Source: an uncultured Chloroflexia bacterium
GTDB lineage: Bacteria; Chloroflexota; Limnocylindria; Limnocylindrales; CSP1-4
Assembly: GCA_963720755.1 (NCBI GenBank)
Contig: CAVRGP010000011.1
Location: 640,001-704,000 of the forward strand
Reading direction: 5' to 3'
DNA: 64,000 nucleotides
The notes beneath the pieces were generated by a model that saw nothing but the letters and a program-made list of their open reading frames with translations, was not told where the DNA came from and made no database searches. Of this stretch, positions 38,872-49,707 are shown in pieces; position 1 is the stretch's first letter, and every line of letters begins with the position of its first letter. The position numbers were made by a program, and so were the translations under genes.

Positions 38872-40443
38872 ATGGCGACCCATGCGTCGATCGATCTCGA
38901 CCACCTCGGGCTCGACGAGATCCGGGCTGGCATCCTGCGCGATCGACCGGTCACCGTGCTCGGCCTCGCCCGGAGCGGGATCGCCCTGGCCCGGTTCTTC
39001 GCCGATGCCGGAGCGAGGGTGACCGTGTATGACGGCCGGTCCGCGACGGCGCTCGAGGGAGGGATCGCCGGCGTCGGCGATCGGCCGGTCACGCTGCGAC
39101 TCGGTCCGGACGTCGAGCCCGCATCGACCTGGGCGGACGCCGAACTCGTGGCGACGTCCCCATCGATCACACCCGACCACCCCACGACCGAACCACGCCT
39201 TCGGGCGGCTCTGCTGGACCTGGTGGCGGCCCGCCAGCGCGGCGATCCAGGTGCGCCCGCCCTGGTGTCCGAGGCCGATCTTTTCCTGCGGCTGTGTCCT
39301 GCTCCGACCATCGGGGTCACCGGGACCAAGGGCAAGACGACCACGTCATCGCTGATCGCGGCGATCCTGGCGACCGACGCGGGCCATCCGGTGGTCCTCG
39401 GCGGGAACATCGGGCTCCCGCTGGTCGACCAGCTGATCTCGCTCACCCCGGACCATCGAGTCGTCGATGAGCTGTCCGAGCTCCAGCTGCCGACCCTGTC
39501 GCGCGGCACGACGGTGGCCGTGTACACGAACGTCACGTCGGACCACCTCGATCGACACGGGACGCTCGAAGCGTATCGCCAGGTCAAACGACGCCTCGCC
39601 GAACTCGTCGATCCGAACGGGGCACTCGTCCTCAACCTGGACGATCCGGTCGTGGCGTCCTACACCCGGGCCGGGACGGCGAGGTTCGTCCCATATCGCC
39701 GGACCACGCCGCCGGTCGGGGGCCTCGGGGTCGTCGATGGCTGGATCGTCGCCGATCGCGTGGCGCGGCTCGACCTGGCCGGCGGTGGGGTCGCCCCGAT
39801 CGGCGCCGACGATCGGATCCTGCCGGTCGGTGAGCTCACGATCCCGGGCGACCACAACGTGTCGAATGCGCTGGCCGCGGTCGCGACGGGATTGCTCTTC
39901 GGGATCGGGCCGGATGCCATCCGGGCGGCGGTCAAGGCCTTCGGCGGTGTCGAGCATCGACTCGAGATCGTCGCCCTCGTCGACGGCGTGCGGTTCGTCA
40001 ACGACTCGCAGGGCACCCAGCCGGACGCGGTCGCGGCCGCCCTGCGAGCGTTCGATCCTCCGGTCGTGCTCATCGCCGGCGGCCGCGACAAGGGGATCGA
40101 CCTGACCGACCTTGCCCCGGTCGTGGCCGAGCGAGCCGCCGCCGCTGTCCTCATCGGCGAGAGTGGCCCGACGCTCGAGGCGGCGTTCCGGGAAGCGGGC
40201 CTCGCCCGGACTGAGCGCGCGGCCGACCTGGAGACGGCCGTCCGGCGTGCCGAGTCCATCGCGCGTGAAGCGCTCGGCGGATCGGGGGCCGGGTCCGGAC
40301 CGGTCCCCGTCGAGGCCACTGTCCTGTTGAGTCCGGCGGCGGCCAGCTTCGACATGTTCGAGGATTACGCAGCCCGCGGACGGGCATTCAGGGCGGTCGT
40401 CCAGGCGATCGCGGCCGAACGAGTGGGAGGACGCGACCGATGA
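38872..40443 (+). CDS. murD: UDP-MurNAc-L-Ala--D-Glu ligase
   Basis: GLARSG, TGTKGKTTT, GGNIG, DHLDRH, HRLE and LLSPAAASFDMF..Y..RG. Confidence 0.92.
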   Translation: MATHASIDLDHLGLDEIRAGILRDRPVTVLGLARSGIALARFFADAGARVTVYDGRSATALEGGIAGVGDRPVTLRLGPDVEPASTWADAELVATSPSITPDHPTTEPRLRAALLDLVAARQRGDPGAPALVSEADLFLRLCPAPTIGVTGTKGKTTTSSLIAAILATDAGHPVVLGGNIGLPLVDQLISLTPDHRVVDELSELQLPTLSRGTTVAVYTNVTSDHLDRHGTLEAYRQVKRRLAELVDPNGALVLNLDDPVVASYTRAGTARFVPYRRTTPPVGGLGVVDGWIVADRVARLDLAGGGVAPIGADDRILPVGELTIPGDHNVSNALAAVATGLLFGIGPDAIRAAVKAFGGVEHRLEIVALVDGVRFVNDSQGTQPDAVAAALRAFDPPVVLIAGGRDKGIDLTDLAPVVAERAAAAVLIGESGPTLEAAFREAGLARTERAADLETAVRRAESIAREALGGSGAGSGPVPVEATVLLSPAAASFDMFEDYAARGRAFRAVVQAIAAERVGGRDR

Positions 40444-41750
40444 ACCTGGCGCCCCCGATCCCGCGCCTGGAGCGTCCGCGACGCGATCCTGCCGGAGGCT
40501 CCCAGACGGACCGGACGACGAGCAACCGAACGCCGGCCAAGAGTCGCGCCGGTGCGCTCCGGCGCGAGCGTCACCAGGCCGACTACGTGATCATCGTGGT
40601 GGTCGTCGCTCTGACCGCGATCGGCATCCTGATGGTCTACTCGTCATCGGCCATCAACGGCTATCTGAAGGATGCAGATACCTTCGCGACGGTCGGGCCC
40701 CAGATCCAGTGGGCATTGCTCGGACTCGTCGCGATGGCGGTCATGATGCGGGTGGACTACCGCTACCTCCGATTGGTCTCGGTGCCGTTCTATCTGTTCG
40801 CCATCGGCTTGCTCGCCCTCGTCTTCGTGCCCGGTTTCAATCGGGTCGTCGGGGGCTCGGCCCGGTGGCTGCTCATCGGGCCACTACCGGCGATCCACCC
40901 GGCCGAGATCGCGAAGCTGGCATTGGTCATCTACCTGGCGCACTGGTTCGCCAAGCGCGGTACCCGGATCCACGGCTTCTGGAGCGGCACGGTCCCATTC
41001 CTCATCATCCTGCTGCCGATCGTCGCGCTGGTCTTCAAGGAGCCCGACCTGGGCACGACCATGGTCATCGGCTTGACCGCGTTCACCATGTTCTTCGCCG
41101 CCGGGGCGAATCTCGTCCATCTCGCCGTCATGGCTGCCGGGGTCGGATTGGCGATGATCACGGTCGGTCTGCGTGGCTACCAACTCGATCGGATCCGCGT
41201 CTGGCAGGATCCGTGGCTGGATCGACTGGGCGACGGCTTCCAGACCGTCCAGGGTCTCCTCGCCCTCGGCCTCGGCGGCTTCTTCGGGACCGGGTTGGGT
41301 GCGAGCAAGGTCGCGGTCCCGAATGCATTCAACGACTTCATCTTCGCGGAGGTCGGCCAGGAGTTCGGGATGATCGGCGCGATCGTCGTGATCACCCTGT
41401 TCCTGCTGCTCGCCTACTCGGGGGTTCGGATCGCCCTCGCCGCGCCCGATACCTTCGGGGCCCTCCTCGCGGTCGGCATCACCGCCTGGCTGTGTCTCCA
41501 GGCATTCATCAATATCGGGGTGGTCGTGGCGCTGCTGCCGATCACCGGGATCACGCTGCCATTCATCAGTGCCGGCGGCTCATCCCTCATCATCAGCTTT
41601 GCAGCGATCGGGATCTTGCTCTCGATCTCGCGCGAGACCGTGGAAAAGGGGACGTGGAACGACGATGCGATTGCTGATCGCGGCCGGGGGCACGGGCGGG
41701 CACATCTATCCGGCGCTCGCCGTGGCCCGATCGCTCAGCGCGACGTCTGA
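40440..41750 (+). CDS. ftsW: SEDS peptidoglycan polymerase FtsW
   Basis: GSARW, PAEIAK, EPDLGT, DFIFA and GITLPFISAGGSS. Confidence 0.94.
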   Translation: MNLAPPIPRLERPRRDPAGGSQTDRTTSNRTPAKSRAGALRRERHQADYVIIVVVVALTAIGILMVYSSSAINGYLKDADTFATVGPQIQWALLGLVAMAVMMRVDYRYLRLVSVPFYLFAIGLLALVFVPGFNRVVGGSARWLLIGPLPAIHPAEIAKLALVIYLAHWFAKRGTRIHGFWSGTVPFLIILLPIVALVFKEPDLGTTMVIGLTAFTMFFAAGANLVHLAVMAAGVGLAMITVGLRGYQLDRIRVWQDPWLDRLGDGFQTVQGLLALGLGGFFGTGLGASKVAVPNAFNDFIFAEVGQEFGMIGAIVVITLFLLLAYSGVRIALAAPDTFGALLAVGITAWLCLQAFINIGVVVALLPITGITLPFISAGGSSLIISFAAIGILLSISRETVEKGTWNDDAIADRGRGHGRAHLSGARRGPIAQRDV

Positions 41751-42825
41751 GGCGCCGGACCTGCGCTGGCTCGGTGGCCATCGCGGGCTGGAGGCGACGA
41801 TCGTGCCGGCGACCGGTATCCCGCTGCGCCGGCTCGCTGTCCGCTCCCTCCGGACGACCGACCTGGACGTTCATGCGCTGCTCGACCCGATGCGCCTGGC
41901 GGCGTCCGTGCCGCAGGCCGCGGCCATCCTCATCGCCGAGCGTCCCGCCGCGGTCTTCACGACCGGCGGCTATGTCGCGGTGCCGGTGCTGATGGCCGCC
42001 GCGCCCCTTGGGATCCCGGTCGTCATGTGGGATGGCAACGTCATCCCGGGTCGAGCCGTGCGGTCGACGGCTCGACTGGCTTCGGCCCTCACCGTCTCGT
42101 TCGACGCCACGTGCCGCGCGCTCGCCTCGAGCGCCCCGGGCCGGCCGTGCTACGTGACCGGGACACCGATCCGCGACGTGGCGGCGATCGACCAGGCTGC
42201 GGCGCGGGCGCGACTCGACATCGAACCCGGCACGCGAGTTGTCCTGATCTTCGGTGGCTCGCAGGCGGTCCGGCGGTTCAACGCGGCCGTCGCCGACGCG
42301 CTGCCCAGACTCGTCGAGCGCGTCACGGTCATCCATGTGGCCGGCGATGACGGCTACGCCGCGGCCCTCGCCGGACGCGAAGCGCTGCCCGATCCGATCC
42401 GCGGCCGCTATCGGCCATACCCATTCCTCGGGGAGGAGATGTTGCCGGCGTTGGTCGCGGCGGACCTGGTGGTCGGCCGGGCGGGCTCGTCGACGCTGGC
42501 TGAAGTGACCGCGCTGGGTATCCCGATGGTCGTGGTCCCGTACCCGCATGCGGCCGGGCATCAGCGAGCGAACGCCGATAGCCTGGTCGCGGCCGGGGCT
42601 GCACGCCTGGTCGAGGACGAGGCGCTCGACGGCCCATCCCTGGTCGACGCGGTCGGGCTGCTCGACGATCCCGACCGGTACCGGGCCATGGCCGATGCCG
42701 CTCGGTCGCTGGGCCGGCCGTTCGCCGCCGACGCGGTGGCAGCGCTCGTCCTCGCGACCGCGGCCAGGCGACCGCTGCCCGAGCCCGGGGCGCTCGAAGA
42801 CCAGGCCCGGGGTCGGGTGGCATGA
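41665..42825 (+). CDS. murG: MurG glycosyltransferase
   Basis: GGTGGHIYPA, TGGYV, TGTPIR, GGSQA, RAGSSTLAE and HQRANA. Confidence 0.94.
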   Translation: MRLLIAAGGTGGHIYPALAVARSLSATSEAPDLRWLGGHRGLEATIVPATGIPLRRLAVRSLRTTDLDVHALLDPMRLAASVPQAAAILIAERPAAVFTTGGYVAVPVLMAAAPLGIPVVMWDGNVIPGRAVRSTARLASALTVSFDATCRALASSAPGRPCYVTGTPIRDVAAIDQAAARARLDIEPGTRVVLIFGGSQAVRRFNAAVADALPRLVERVTVIHVAGDDGYAAALAGREALPDPIRGRYRPYPFLGEEMLPALVAADLVVGRAGSSTLAEVTALGIPMVVVPYPHAAGHQRANADSLVAAGAARLVEDEALDGPSLVDAVGLLDDPDRYRAMADAARSLGRPFAADAVAALVLATAARRPLPEPGALEDQARGRVA

Positions 42826-43784
42826 TCGCACCGTTCGATGCCATCGCCACCGGCACCGAGATCCAACGCCGGATCGGGGTCAAGACCTCCCGGGACGAGC
42901 CGCTCGCCCGGTTCACGACGATGCGGGTCGGCGGTCCTGCGGACCTGTTCGCGACGGTCCACAACGCGCACGAGCTCCGGGCGATGGTCCGGTTCGCCCG
43001 GTCGCGCGGCCTGCCTCATCTCCTCCTTGGACGGGGGAGCGACCTGGTCATCGCCGATGCCGGCGTTCGTGGTCTGGTCATCCAGATCCGGGCCGAAGGT
43101 TCGCGGACGACCGGCGAGCACTACACCGCCGAGGCGGGGGTCCAGATGGCTCGAGCCGCCACGGAGACCCAGCGTGCCGGCCTCACCGGGCTCGAATTCG
43201 GGTTGGCCATCCCGGGGACGGTCGGCGGTGCGGTCTGGGCCAATGCCGGTGCCCACGAGGCCGACGTCGCGGGCGTCCTCGAGTCGGCCCGCGTCCTGTC
43301 TCCTGACGGCGCAGAGACGATCGTGCCCGGCGGGTCCCTCGGCTTCGGCTACCGGGACAGTCGGTTCAAGCATCCGGTCGATCTCGACGGGCGACTGCTC
43401 GGCGACGTGGTCATCGAGGCGACGTTCCGGCTGGCCGCCGCCCCTCCCGACGTCATCAAGGAACGCCTCGACGGGATCCGGCACTGGCGGCAGGCGCACC
43501 AGCCGCTGGGCCTGCCATCGGCCGGCAGCGTCTTTCGGAACCCGCCCGGCGATTCGGCCGGCCGGATGATCGACGCCGCGGATCTCAAGGGCACCCGGAT
43601 CGGCGGCGCGGTCGTTTCCGAGAAACACGCCAACTTCATCGTCAACGACCAGAAGGGCACGGCGGCCGACGTCCGGCGTCTCGCCGAGCAGGTCCGCGCG
43701 GTCGTCCTCGATCAATTCGGGATCCGTCTCGACTACGAGGTCGAGTTCGTCGGTGACTGGTCGGGATGGGGGGCAGCCGGATGA
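42822..43784 (+). CDS. murB: UDP-N-acetylenolpyruvoylglucosamine reductase
   Basis: TMRVGGPA, IPGTVGGA..NAGA, YRDS, SAGSVFRNP and KHANFIVN. Confidence 0.95.
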   Translation: MIAPFDAIATGTEIQRRIGVKTSRDEPLARFTTMRVGGPADLFATVHNAHELRAMVRFARSRGLPHLLLGRGSDLVIADAGVRGLVIQIRAEGSRTTGEHYTAEAGVQMARAATETQRAGLTGLEFGLAIPGTVGGAVWANAGAHEADVAGVLESARVLSPDGAETIVPGGSLGFGYRDSRFKHPVDLDGRLLGDVVIEATFRLAAAPPDVIKERLDGIRHWRQAHQPLGLPSAGSVFRNPPGDSAGRMIDAADLKGTRIGGAVVSEKHANFIVNDQKGTAADVRRLAEQVRAVVLDQFGIRLDYEVEFVGDWSGWGAAG

Positions 43785-44905
43785 CCGTCGCGATCGATCG
43801 GCCTCCCGTCGTCGTCCTCCTCGGCGGGCCATCGGCCGAGCACGACGTGTCGATCGTGTCCGGGACGGCGATCGCCGAAAGTCTGATCGGTGAGGGCCAT
43901 CAGGTCGGGCAGGTCTTCATCGATCTGGACGGCGCCTGGTGGTGGTTGCCGGATGAGCATCGCAGGGACCGGCGTCCCGCCTCCGACTACGACGATCCAG
44001 CCGCGCTCGGAGGCGAGGGGCCGATCAGCGCCGGCCAGGCGCTGGACCGATTGGCGTCGGCACAGCCGGCTCCGATCGTGGTCATCGCCCTGCATGGTCC
44101 GTTCGGCGAGGACGGGACGGTCCAGGCCATGCTCGAGGCAGCCGGGCTCGCCTACACGGGTTCCGGCGTAGCCGCCTCCGCGATCGGGATGGACAAGACG
44201 CTGTTCAAGCGGATGTGCCGCGGGATCGGTCTGCCGGTCGTCGATTGGCGTGAGATCCATGCCGTCCGCTGGGCAGCCGACCCGGACGGAGTGCGAGCCG
44301 AACTCGATGCGTTCATCCGCACCTCGGACGAGCCTCGTCTCATGATCAAGCCGGCCCGCCTCGGCAGCTCCGTCGGGATGACCCTGGTCCATGGACCGTC
44401 CGAACTCGGCCCGGCCCTCGACACGGCTTTTCGCCATGACACGCTGGCGCTCGTCGAGACATACGTGCCGGGAGCGCGGGACCTGGAGATCGCCGTGATC
44501 GGCGACGAGGCAGGACTCGAGACGTTCGGGCCGGGTGAGATCGTGTCCGGTCATGAGTTCTACGACTATGCAGCGAAGTACACGGCTGGACTGTCGAAGA
44601 CATCCACCAGGGCCGAGGTCACCGACGTCCAGCGCGCGACCATGCGAAAGATCGCCCGCGATGCGTTCCGGGCGATCGGGGCGACCGGGTTCGCCCGGGT
44701 CGACTTCCTCCTGGCGGGCGAGCGGATCGTCCTGTCGGAGATCAACACGATCCCGGGGTTCACCCCGATCAGCCTGTTCCCGACGATGCCCGCCGACGGC
44801 GGCTATTCGTTCGGGGGCGTGTGCAGCCGGATCGTGGAACTCGGTCTCGCTCGTCACGCGGCGCGCGCCGGTCGGCGTCTTCGGTCGGAGGACCTGCCCA
44901 GATGA
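43781..44905 (+). CDS. ddl: D-alanine--D-alanine ligase
   Basis: GGPSAEHDVS, LHGPFGEDG, GSSVG, FYDYAAKY and EINTIPGFT. Confidence 0.95.
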   Translation: MTVAIDRPPVVVLLGGPSAEHDVSIVSGTAIAESLIGEGHQVGQVFIDLDGAWWWLPDEHRRDRRPASDYDDPAALGGEGPISAGQALDRLASAQPAPIVVIALHGPFGEDGTVQAMLEAAGLAYTGSGVAASAIGMDKTLFKRMCRGIGLPVVDWREIHAVRWAADPDGVRAELDAFIRTSDEPRLMIKPARLGSSVGMTLVHGPSELGPALDTAFRHDTLALVETYVPGARDLEIAVIGDEAGLETFGPGEIVSGHEFYDYAAKYTAGLSKTSTRAEVTDVQRATMRKIARDAFRAIGATGFARVDFLLAGERIVLSEINTIPGFTPISLFPTMPADGGYSFGGVCSRIVELGLARHAARAGRRLRSEDLPR

Positions 44906-45765
44906 GCGGACGGCCGATCGCCCGGCGAAGTCGGGCGCCACTGCCGAGTCGCCGGACCAAGCCGGTCCGCCGCGCCTCGCGCGGGCTGTCGACCGTCCGT
45001 GCCGGGGCCGCGCTCGCGATGTTGGCGTCGGCGGCGGCGATCTATGGAGTCGGCGCATCGTCAGCCTTCGCGTACACGAAACTGCAGGTCGAGGGCGTGC
45101 AGTACACCGACACGGCGGCGATCGAATCCGCGTTCTCCGAAGCTCGCGGAACGAACCTGTTCCGGCTGGCGACCGGCCCCCTCCGCGCCACCGTCGAGAC
45201 GATGCCGACGGTCGCTTCCGCCCGGGTGCAGGTGCGTCTGCCGGGCACGATCGCCGTGATCGTGGACGAGCGGCAGCCGATCGTCGTGTGGGCCGTGGGC
45301 GACGCCCGCTACCTGGTCGACGGCGACGGTCTGTTGTTCGAGCAGGTGGACGACCTGTCGACCATCGGCACCGACCTCCCGGTGGTCGTCGATCGGCGCG
45401 CCAGCAGTGTCGGATTGACCGTCGGGATGACCCTCGCACCGGTCGATCTCGATGCCGCGACTCGCCTCGCCTCGCTCACACCGGCGGACGTCGGTAGTGT
45501 GGCGTCGTCACTGGCGGTGGTCGTCACCGACGAGAACGGCTTCGTCGTCAATGCTCGTCCCGATGGCTGGTCTGCCGTCTTCGGTTTCTATACGCCGAGC
45601 CTGCGAACCACCGACATCATCCCGGGTCAGGTTCGCCTGCTGCGGAGCCTGCTGGCCGGTCAGGAAGCGAATGTCGATCGGATGGTGCTCGCCTCCGAGA
45701 CCGACGGGACCTACATCCCGCGGGCCAGTCCATCGACCTCGACCGATCCGAGCAAGGCACCATGA
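44902..45765 (+). CDS. ftsQ: Cell division protein FtsQ/DivIB
   Basis: Basic N-terminus, TM, and POTRA-like region (NLFRL...LPGTIAVIVDERQP); position between ddl and ftsA. Confidence 0.8.
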   Translation: MSGRPIARRSRAPLPSRRTKPVRRASRGLSTVRAGAALAMLASAAAIYGVGASSAFAYTKLQVEGVQYTDTAAIESAFSEARGTNLFRLATGPLRATVETMPTVASARVQVRLPGTIAVIVDERQPIVVWAVGDARYLVDGDGLLFEQVDDLSTIGTDLPVVVDRRASSVGLTVGMTLAPVDLDAATRLASLTPADVGSVASSLAVVVTDENGFVVNARPDGWSAVFGFYTPSLRTTDIIPGQVRLLRSLLAGQEANVDRMVLASETDGTYIPRASPSTSTDPSKAP

Positions 45766-45829
45766 GGTGGCGCGTCGGGTTCGCGTCGGGTAGCCTTGGC
45801 GAAACCATCGGAGCGAGGACGAACACCCC

Positions 45830-46153
45830 GTGCTGCTACCCCTGCTCGGACTCCTCGTCGGCGTCCTCGCGGGTCTCGTCCTCAATGTCAATGTCGGATA
45901 CGAACTCAGTCGATATTCGGCCGTCGCGATCCTCGCCGCGCTCAATTCCGTCCTCGGTGCGGTCCGTGCCGAACTCGACGGCGTCTACGACAACAAGATC
46001 TTCATCAGCGGGTTCCTGGTCAATGCGATCGTCGCGGTGCTCCTCACATTCATCGGTGATCGACTCGGGCTCGATCTCTACCTGGTGGCCCTGATCACGT
46101 TCGGTCTGCGCATCTTCGATAACGTGGCCCTCATCCGGCGCCATTTCCTGTAA
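45830..46153 (+). CDS. sbp: Small basic protein Sbp (DUF1290)
   Basis: YSAVAILAALNSVLGAVRA...FISGF...GDRLGLDLYL...FGLRIFDNVALIRR. Confidence 0.88.
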   Translation: MLLPLLGLLVGVLAGLVLNVNVGYELSRYSAVAILAALNSVLGAVRAELDGVYDNKIFISGFLVNAIVAVLLTFIGDRLGLDLYLVALITFGLRIFDNVALIRRHFL

Positions 46154-46185
46154 GTCCGGATCCTGGAACGGAGACGAACCAAACG

Positions 46186-47418
46186 GTGGAACGAGAAGCG
46201 GTCCTGGTCGGCATCGATGTCGGCACGAGCAAGGTCTGTGCGCTCATCGGCGAGGTGAGCCACGACGGCCGGTTGACGATCATGGGCCACGGGACCGTGC
46301 CCGCATCCGGCCTGAAGAAGGGCGTCGTCATCAACATCGACCAGACCGTCCGCTCGATCGCCGATGCCGTGGAGCGGGCCGAGCGCCTGTCCGGCTGGAA
46401 GATCGACCGGGCCTTCGTCGGCGTCGGCGGTCAGCACGTCGAAAGCCTCAACTCGCATGGGCAGGTCGCCGTCACGGCCCACCATCGCGAGGTCACCCGC
46501 GAGGATGTCAATCGGGCGATCGAGGTGGCCCGGGCCGTGTCGATCCCGTCGAACCGCGACGTCCTCCACGTCGAGCGCCGCGGGTTCACGGTCGACGGCC
46601 AGGAGGGGGTCAAGGACCCATTGGGCATGAGTGCGCTCCGGCTGGAGGTCGAGACCCACATCGTCACCGCGTCCGCCACGGCCGTCCAGAATCTGACCAA
46701 GTGCGTCGCGGCGGCCGGGGTCAAGATCGATGAACTCGTGGTCGACTCACTGGCTTCGGCTGAGGCCGTCCTGACCGACACGGAGAAGGAACTCGGCGTC
46801 GCTGTCGCCGACATCGGCGCGGGGACGATCGACCTGGCCCTGTTCCAGGATGGCTCGCCATTCCACACGCGGGTGCTCCCCGTCGGTGGCGCGAACGTGA
46901 CCAATGACGTTGCGATCGGACTCAAGACGAGCATCCAGGTCGCCGAGGAACTGAAGATCCAGCACGGCACCTGCGATCTCGGGTCGATCGGTGAGGACGA
47001 GCAGATCAACGTTTCGGTCCTCGGCGAGACCGCCGGTCGGACGGTCAGTCGCCTCGAGGTCTCGCAGATCATCGAAGCCAGGATGCGCGAGACCTTCGAG
47101 CTGCTCCGGAATGAGATCCGGGCGGCCGGCGTGGGGATGCTGCCCGCCGGTGTCATCCTGACCGGTGGTGCCGCCCAACTGGCTGGGGCCGCGGAACTGG
47201 GTCGGGACGTCCTGGAGATGCCCGTGCGCGTCGCCGCGCCGGCGGGTATCGGCGGTCTGGTCGATACCCTCCTCAACCCCAGTTACAGCACCTCCGTCGG
47301 CCTTCTTCGCTGGGGCGCCGCGAGCCTGACCTCCGACGAGCCGAACCGCTATGAGTCCGCGCCGGCCGGAGGCGGCCTCGGGCGGATCCGGGACGCTTTC
47401 CGGAGCATCTTCCCCTAG
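46186..47418 (+). CDS. ftsA: Cell division protein FtsA
   Basis: [26 protein letters not shown] and LTGGAA. Confidence 0.96.
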   Translation: MEREAVLVGIDVGTSKVCALIGEVSHDGRLTIMGHGTVPASGLKKGVVINIDQTVRSIADAVERAERLSGWKIDRAFVGVGGQHVESLNSHGQVAVTAHHREVTREDVNRAIEVARAVSIPSNRDVLHVERRGFTVDGQEGVKDPLGMSALRLEVETHIVTASATAVQNLTKCVAAAGVKIDELVVDSLASAEAVLTDTEKELGVAVADIGAGTIDLALFQDGSPFHTRVLPVGGANVTNDVAIGLKTSIQVAEELKIQHGTCDLGSIGEDEQINVSVLGETAGRTVSRLEVSQIIEARMRETFELLRNEIRAAGVGMLPAGVILTGGAAQLAGAAELGRDVLEMPVRVAAPAGIGGLVDTLLNPSYSTSVGLLRWGAASLTSDEPNRYESAPAGGGLGRIRDAFRSIFP

Positions 47419-47542
47419 GGCCGAGCGCCGGCCTCAGGGCCTCGCGGCACCCGCGCAGAACTTCGGTGCGCAGACGCACCGGTCAGGTGCCCCGACCGTA
47501 TGACTGGATCCGGATCCATCACCCATCGCGGGCCACTGGCGC

Positions 47543-47548
47543 TATACT
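47543..47548 (+). promoter_or_regulatory. Putative internal -10 element for ftsZ
   Basis: TATACT in the 236-bp ftsA-ftsZ gap. Confidence 0.5.
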
Positions 47549-47654
47549 CCGGCCTACCCTACGGACCCACGCGCCACCGGAGACACCAGACCGGGTCCGA
47601 CTGAGGCATGACACGTCGCGATCGCCCCTCCCGAGGGTCGCTGAGGAGAGCCCG

Positions 47655-48896
47655 ATGCCGTTGCGTTCCGATTCCGAGAACTTCGCCCTCATCCGTGTCA
47701 TCGGGGTGGGCGGTGGCGGCAGCAACGCCGTCAATCGGATGATCCGCGCCGAGATGATGGGCGTCGAGTTCATCGCCTGCAACACGGATGCCCAGGCACT
47801 CCTCCAGGCGGATGCGCCGCACAAGATCCGCATCGGCGACAAGATCACCCGGGGTCTCGGAGCGGGCGGTGACGCCAGCATCGGGCAGCGCGCGGCCGAG
47901 GAAGATTCCGAGAAGATCAGTCAGGCGCTCGTCGACTCGGACATGGTCTTCATCACGGCTGGCCTCGGTGGCGGGACCGGGTCGGGCGCGGCGCCCGTGG
48001 TCGCCCAGCTGGCCAAGGAGACCGGGGCCCTCACCATCGGCGTCGTGACCAAGCCGTTCGAATTCGAAGGCGCCAAGCGCAAGCTGGTCGCAGAAAAGGC
48101 CGCCGAGGAGCTCAAGGCCCAGGTCGACACCCTGATCACGATCCCCAACGACAGGCTCAAGGACGTCGTCCAGAAGAACACCAGCATCCTCGACGCCTTC
48201 CGGGTCGTGGATGACGTGCTCCGGCAGGGCGTCCAGGGGATCAGCGACATCATCACGATGCCGGGCCTCATCAACCTCGATTTCGCCGATGTCCGCGCGA
48301 TCATGCGCGACGCCGGTTCCGCCCTGATGGGCATCGGTCGCGCCTCCGGCGAGAACCGCGCGGTGGAGGCGGCCCGACAGGCCATCGCCAGCCCGCTCCT
48401 CGAGGTCGACATCGCCGGCGCGCAGGGGATCCTGTTCAACATCACCGGCTCGTCCAGTCTGAGCCTGTACGAAGTGACCGAGGCCGCCGAGGAGATCCGT
48501 GCCGCCGCGGACCCGGAGGCGAACATCATCTTCGGGACGAGCTTCAACGAGCGGCTCGGCGACGAGGTCATGATCACGGTCATCGCCACCGGCTTCGACG
48601 GTGGCCGCAAGCGCCAGACCGTTCGAGCGGACGCGTCGACCGGGGTCATGGACCAGTCCGTGACCGGGCGGCCCTCGCGCGAGCGCGACTTCCTCGAGGA
48701 ACTGCAGCGCCAGCGCGACGAAGTCGCCAATGGTGGATCCGCCTATCCGGTGTCGACGCCGTTCGACGACAGCGCCGCCGCGGTCGCGGTGCCTCGGGCC
48801 GAGCGGTCGGTCGGCGACAGCCAGCCTGCGAAGCGGCCCGCCACGAGCTACGACGCGGACGACCTGGAGATCCCGAGCTTCCTCCGCCGGAAGTGA
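47655..48896 (+). CDS. ftsZ: Cell division protein FtsZ
   Basis: [23 protein letters not shown] tubulin signature, NLDFADV and C-terminal [11 protein letters not shown]. Confidence 0.98.
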   Translation: MPLRSDSENFALIRVIGVGGGGSNAVNRMIRAEMMGVEFIACNTDAQALLQADAPHKIRIGDKITRGLGAGGDASIGQRAAEEDSEKISQALVDSDMVFITAGLGGGTGSGAAPVVAQLAKETGALTIGVVTKPFEFEGAKRKLVAEKAAEELKAQVDTLITIPNDRLKDVVQKNTSILDAFRVVDDVLRQGVQGISDIITMPGLINLDFADVRAIMRDAGSALMGIGRASGENRAVEAARQAIASPLLEVDIAGAQGILFNITGSSSLSLYEVTEAAEEIRAAADPEANIIFGTSFNERLGDEVMITVIATGFDGGRKRQTVRADASTGVMDQSVTGRPSRERDFLEELQRQRDEVANGGSAYPVSTPFDDSAAAVAVPRAERSVGDSQPAKRPATSYDADDLEIPSFLRRK

Positions 48897-48927
48897 CCGA
48901 CGCCGGCACGAGGCCGGCCCAGCGACG

Positions 48928-49662
48928 ATGACCGCGACCCGATCCCGCGCCCAGGTCCTTGGCGCCGCCCGCACGCGCGTCCTGGAGCGGATCGCCGATG
49001 CCTGCAACCGGGCAGGCCGGGACCCGGCCGAGGTCACCCTCGTCGCGGTCTCCAAGACCGTGGCGGCTGACGTCCTGCGCGATGCGGTGGCGGTCGGGCT
49101 CGACCTGCTCGGCGAGAACCGGGTCCAGGAAGCGACGGGCAAGGTGGACCAGGTCGCCGGCGCCCGCTGGCATCTCATCGGGCCGCTCCAATCGAACAAG
49201 GCCCGCCGTGCCATCGAGACGTTCGAGTCCATCCAGTCCGTGGACTCGGTCGACCTGGCCCGTCGGATCGACCGACTGGTGCCCGGGGTACGGCCAGGGG
49301 CACGGTACCCGGTCCTCCTGCAGGTGAATGTCGATCTCGACCCCGCCAAGGCCGGGTTCCGTCCGGTCGATCTCGATGGCGCGATGGCCGAGATCCTCGC
49401 GCTGGCACACCTCGACGTTCGGGGCCTCATGACCGTCGGCAGACAGACCAGCGACCCGGACCTGATCAGGCGGACATTCCAGGCCCTGCGCGCGACCTCC
49501 GATGCGACCCGCCGCCACTGGCCGAGCCTCGGGAACGCGTTGTCGATGGGCATGACGGACGATTTCGAACTCGCGGTCGAGGAGGGGGCCACGATCGTCC
49601 GGGTCGGCCGCGCCCTGTTCGGCGAGCGTCAGGTAGCCGATCCCGCGGTCGACGGGCCGTAG
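48928..49662 (+). CDS. yggS: PLP homeostasis protein YggS
   Basis: AVSKT, GENRVQE, WHLIGPLQSNK, LSMGMTDD and VRVGRALFG. Confidence 0.94.
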   Translation: MTATRSRAQVLGAARTRVLERIADACNRAGRDPAEVTLVAVSKTVAADVLRDAVAVGLDLLGENRVQEATGKVDQVAGARWHLIGPLQSNKARRAIETFESIQSVDSVDLARRIDRLVPGVRPGARYPVLLQVNVDLDPAKAGFRPVDLDGAMAEILALAHLDVRGLMTVGRQTSDPDLIRRTFQALRATSDATRRHWPSLGNALSMGMTDDFELAVEEGATIVRVGRALFGERQVADPAVDGP

Positions 49663-49707
49663 CCCCGTCGGGCGGCTCGCGCCGACCCTGCTGCTAGACT
49701 CGGGACG

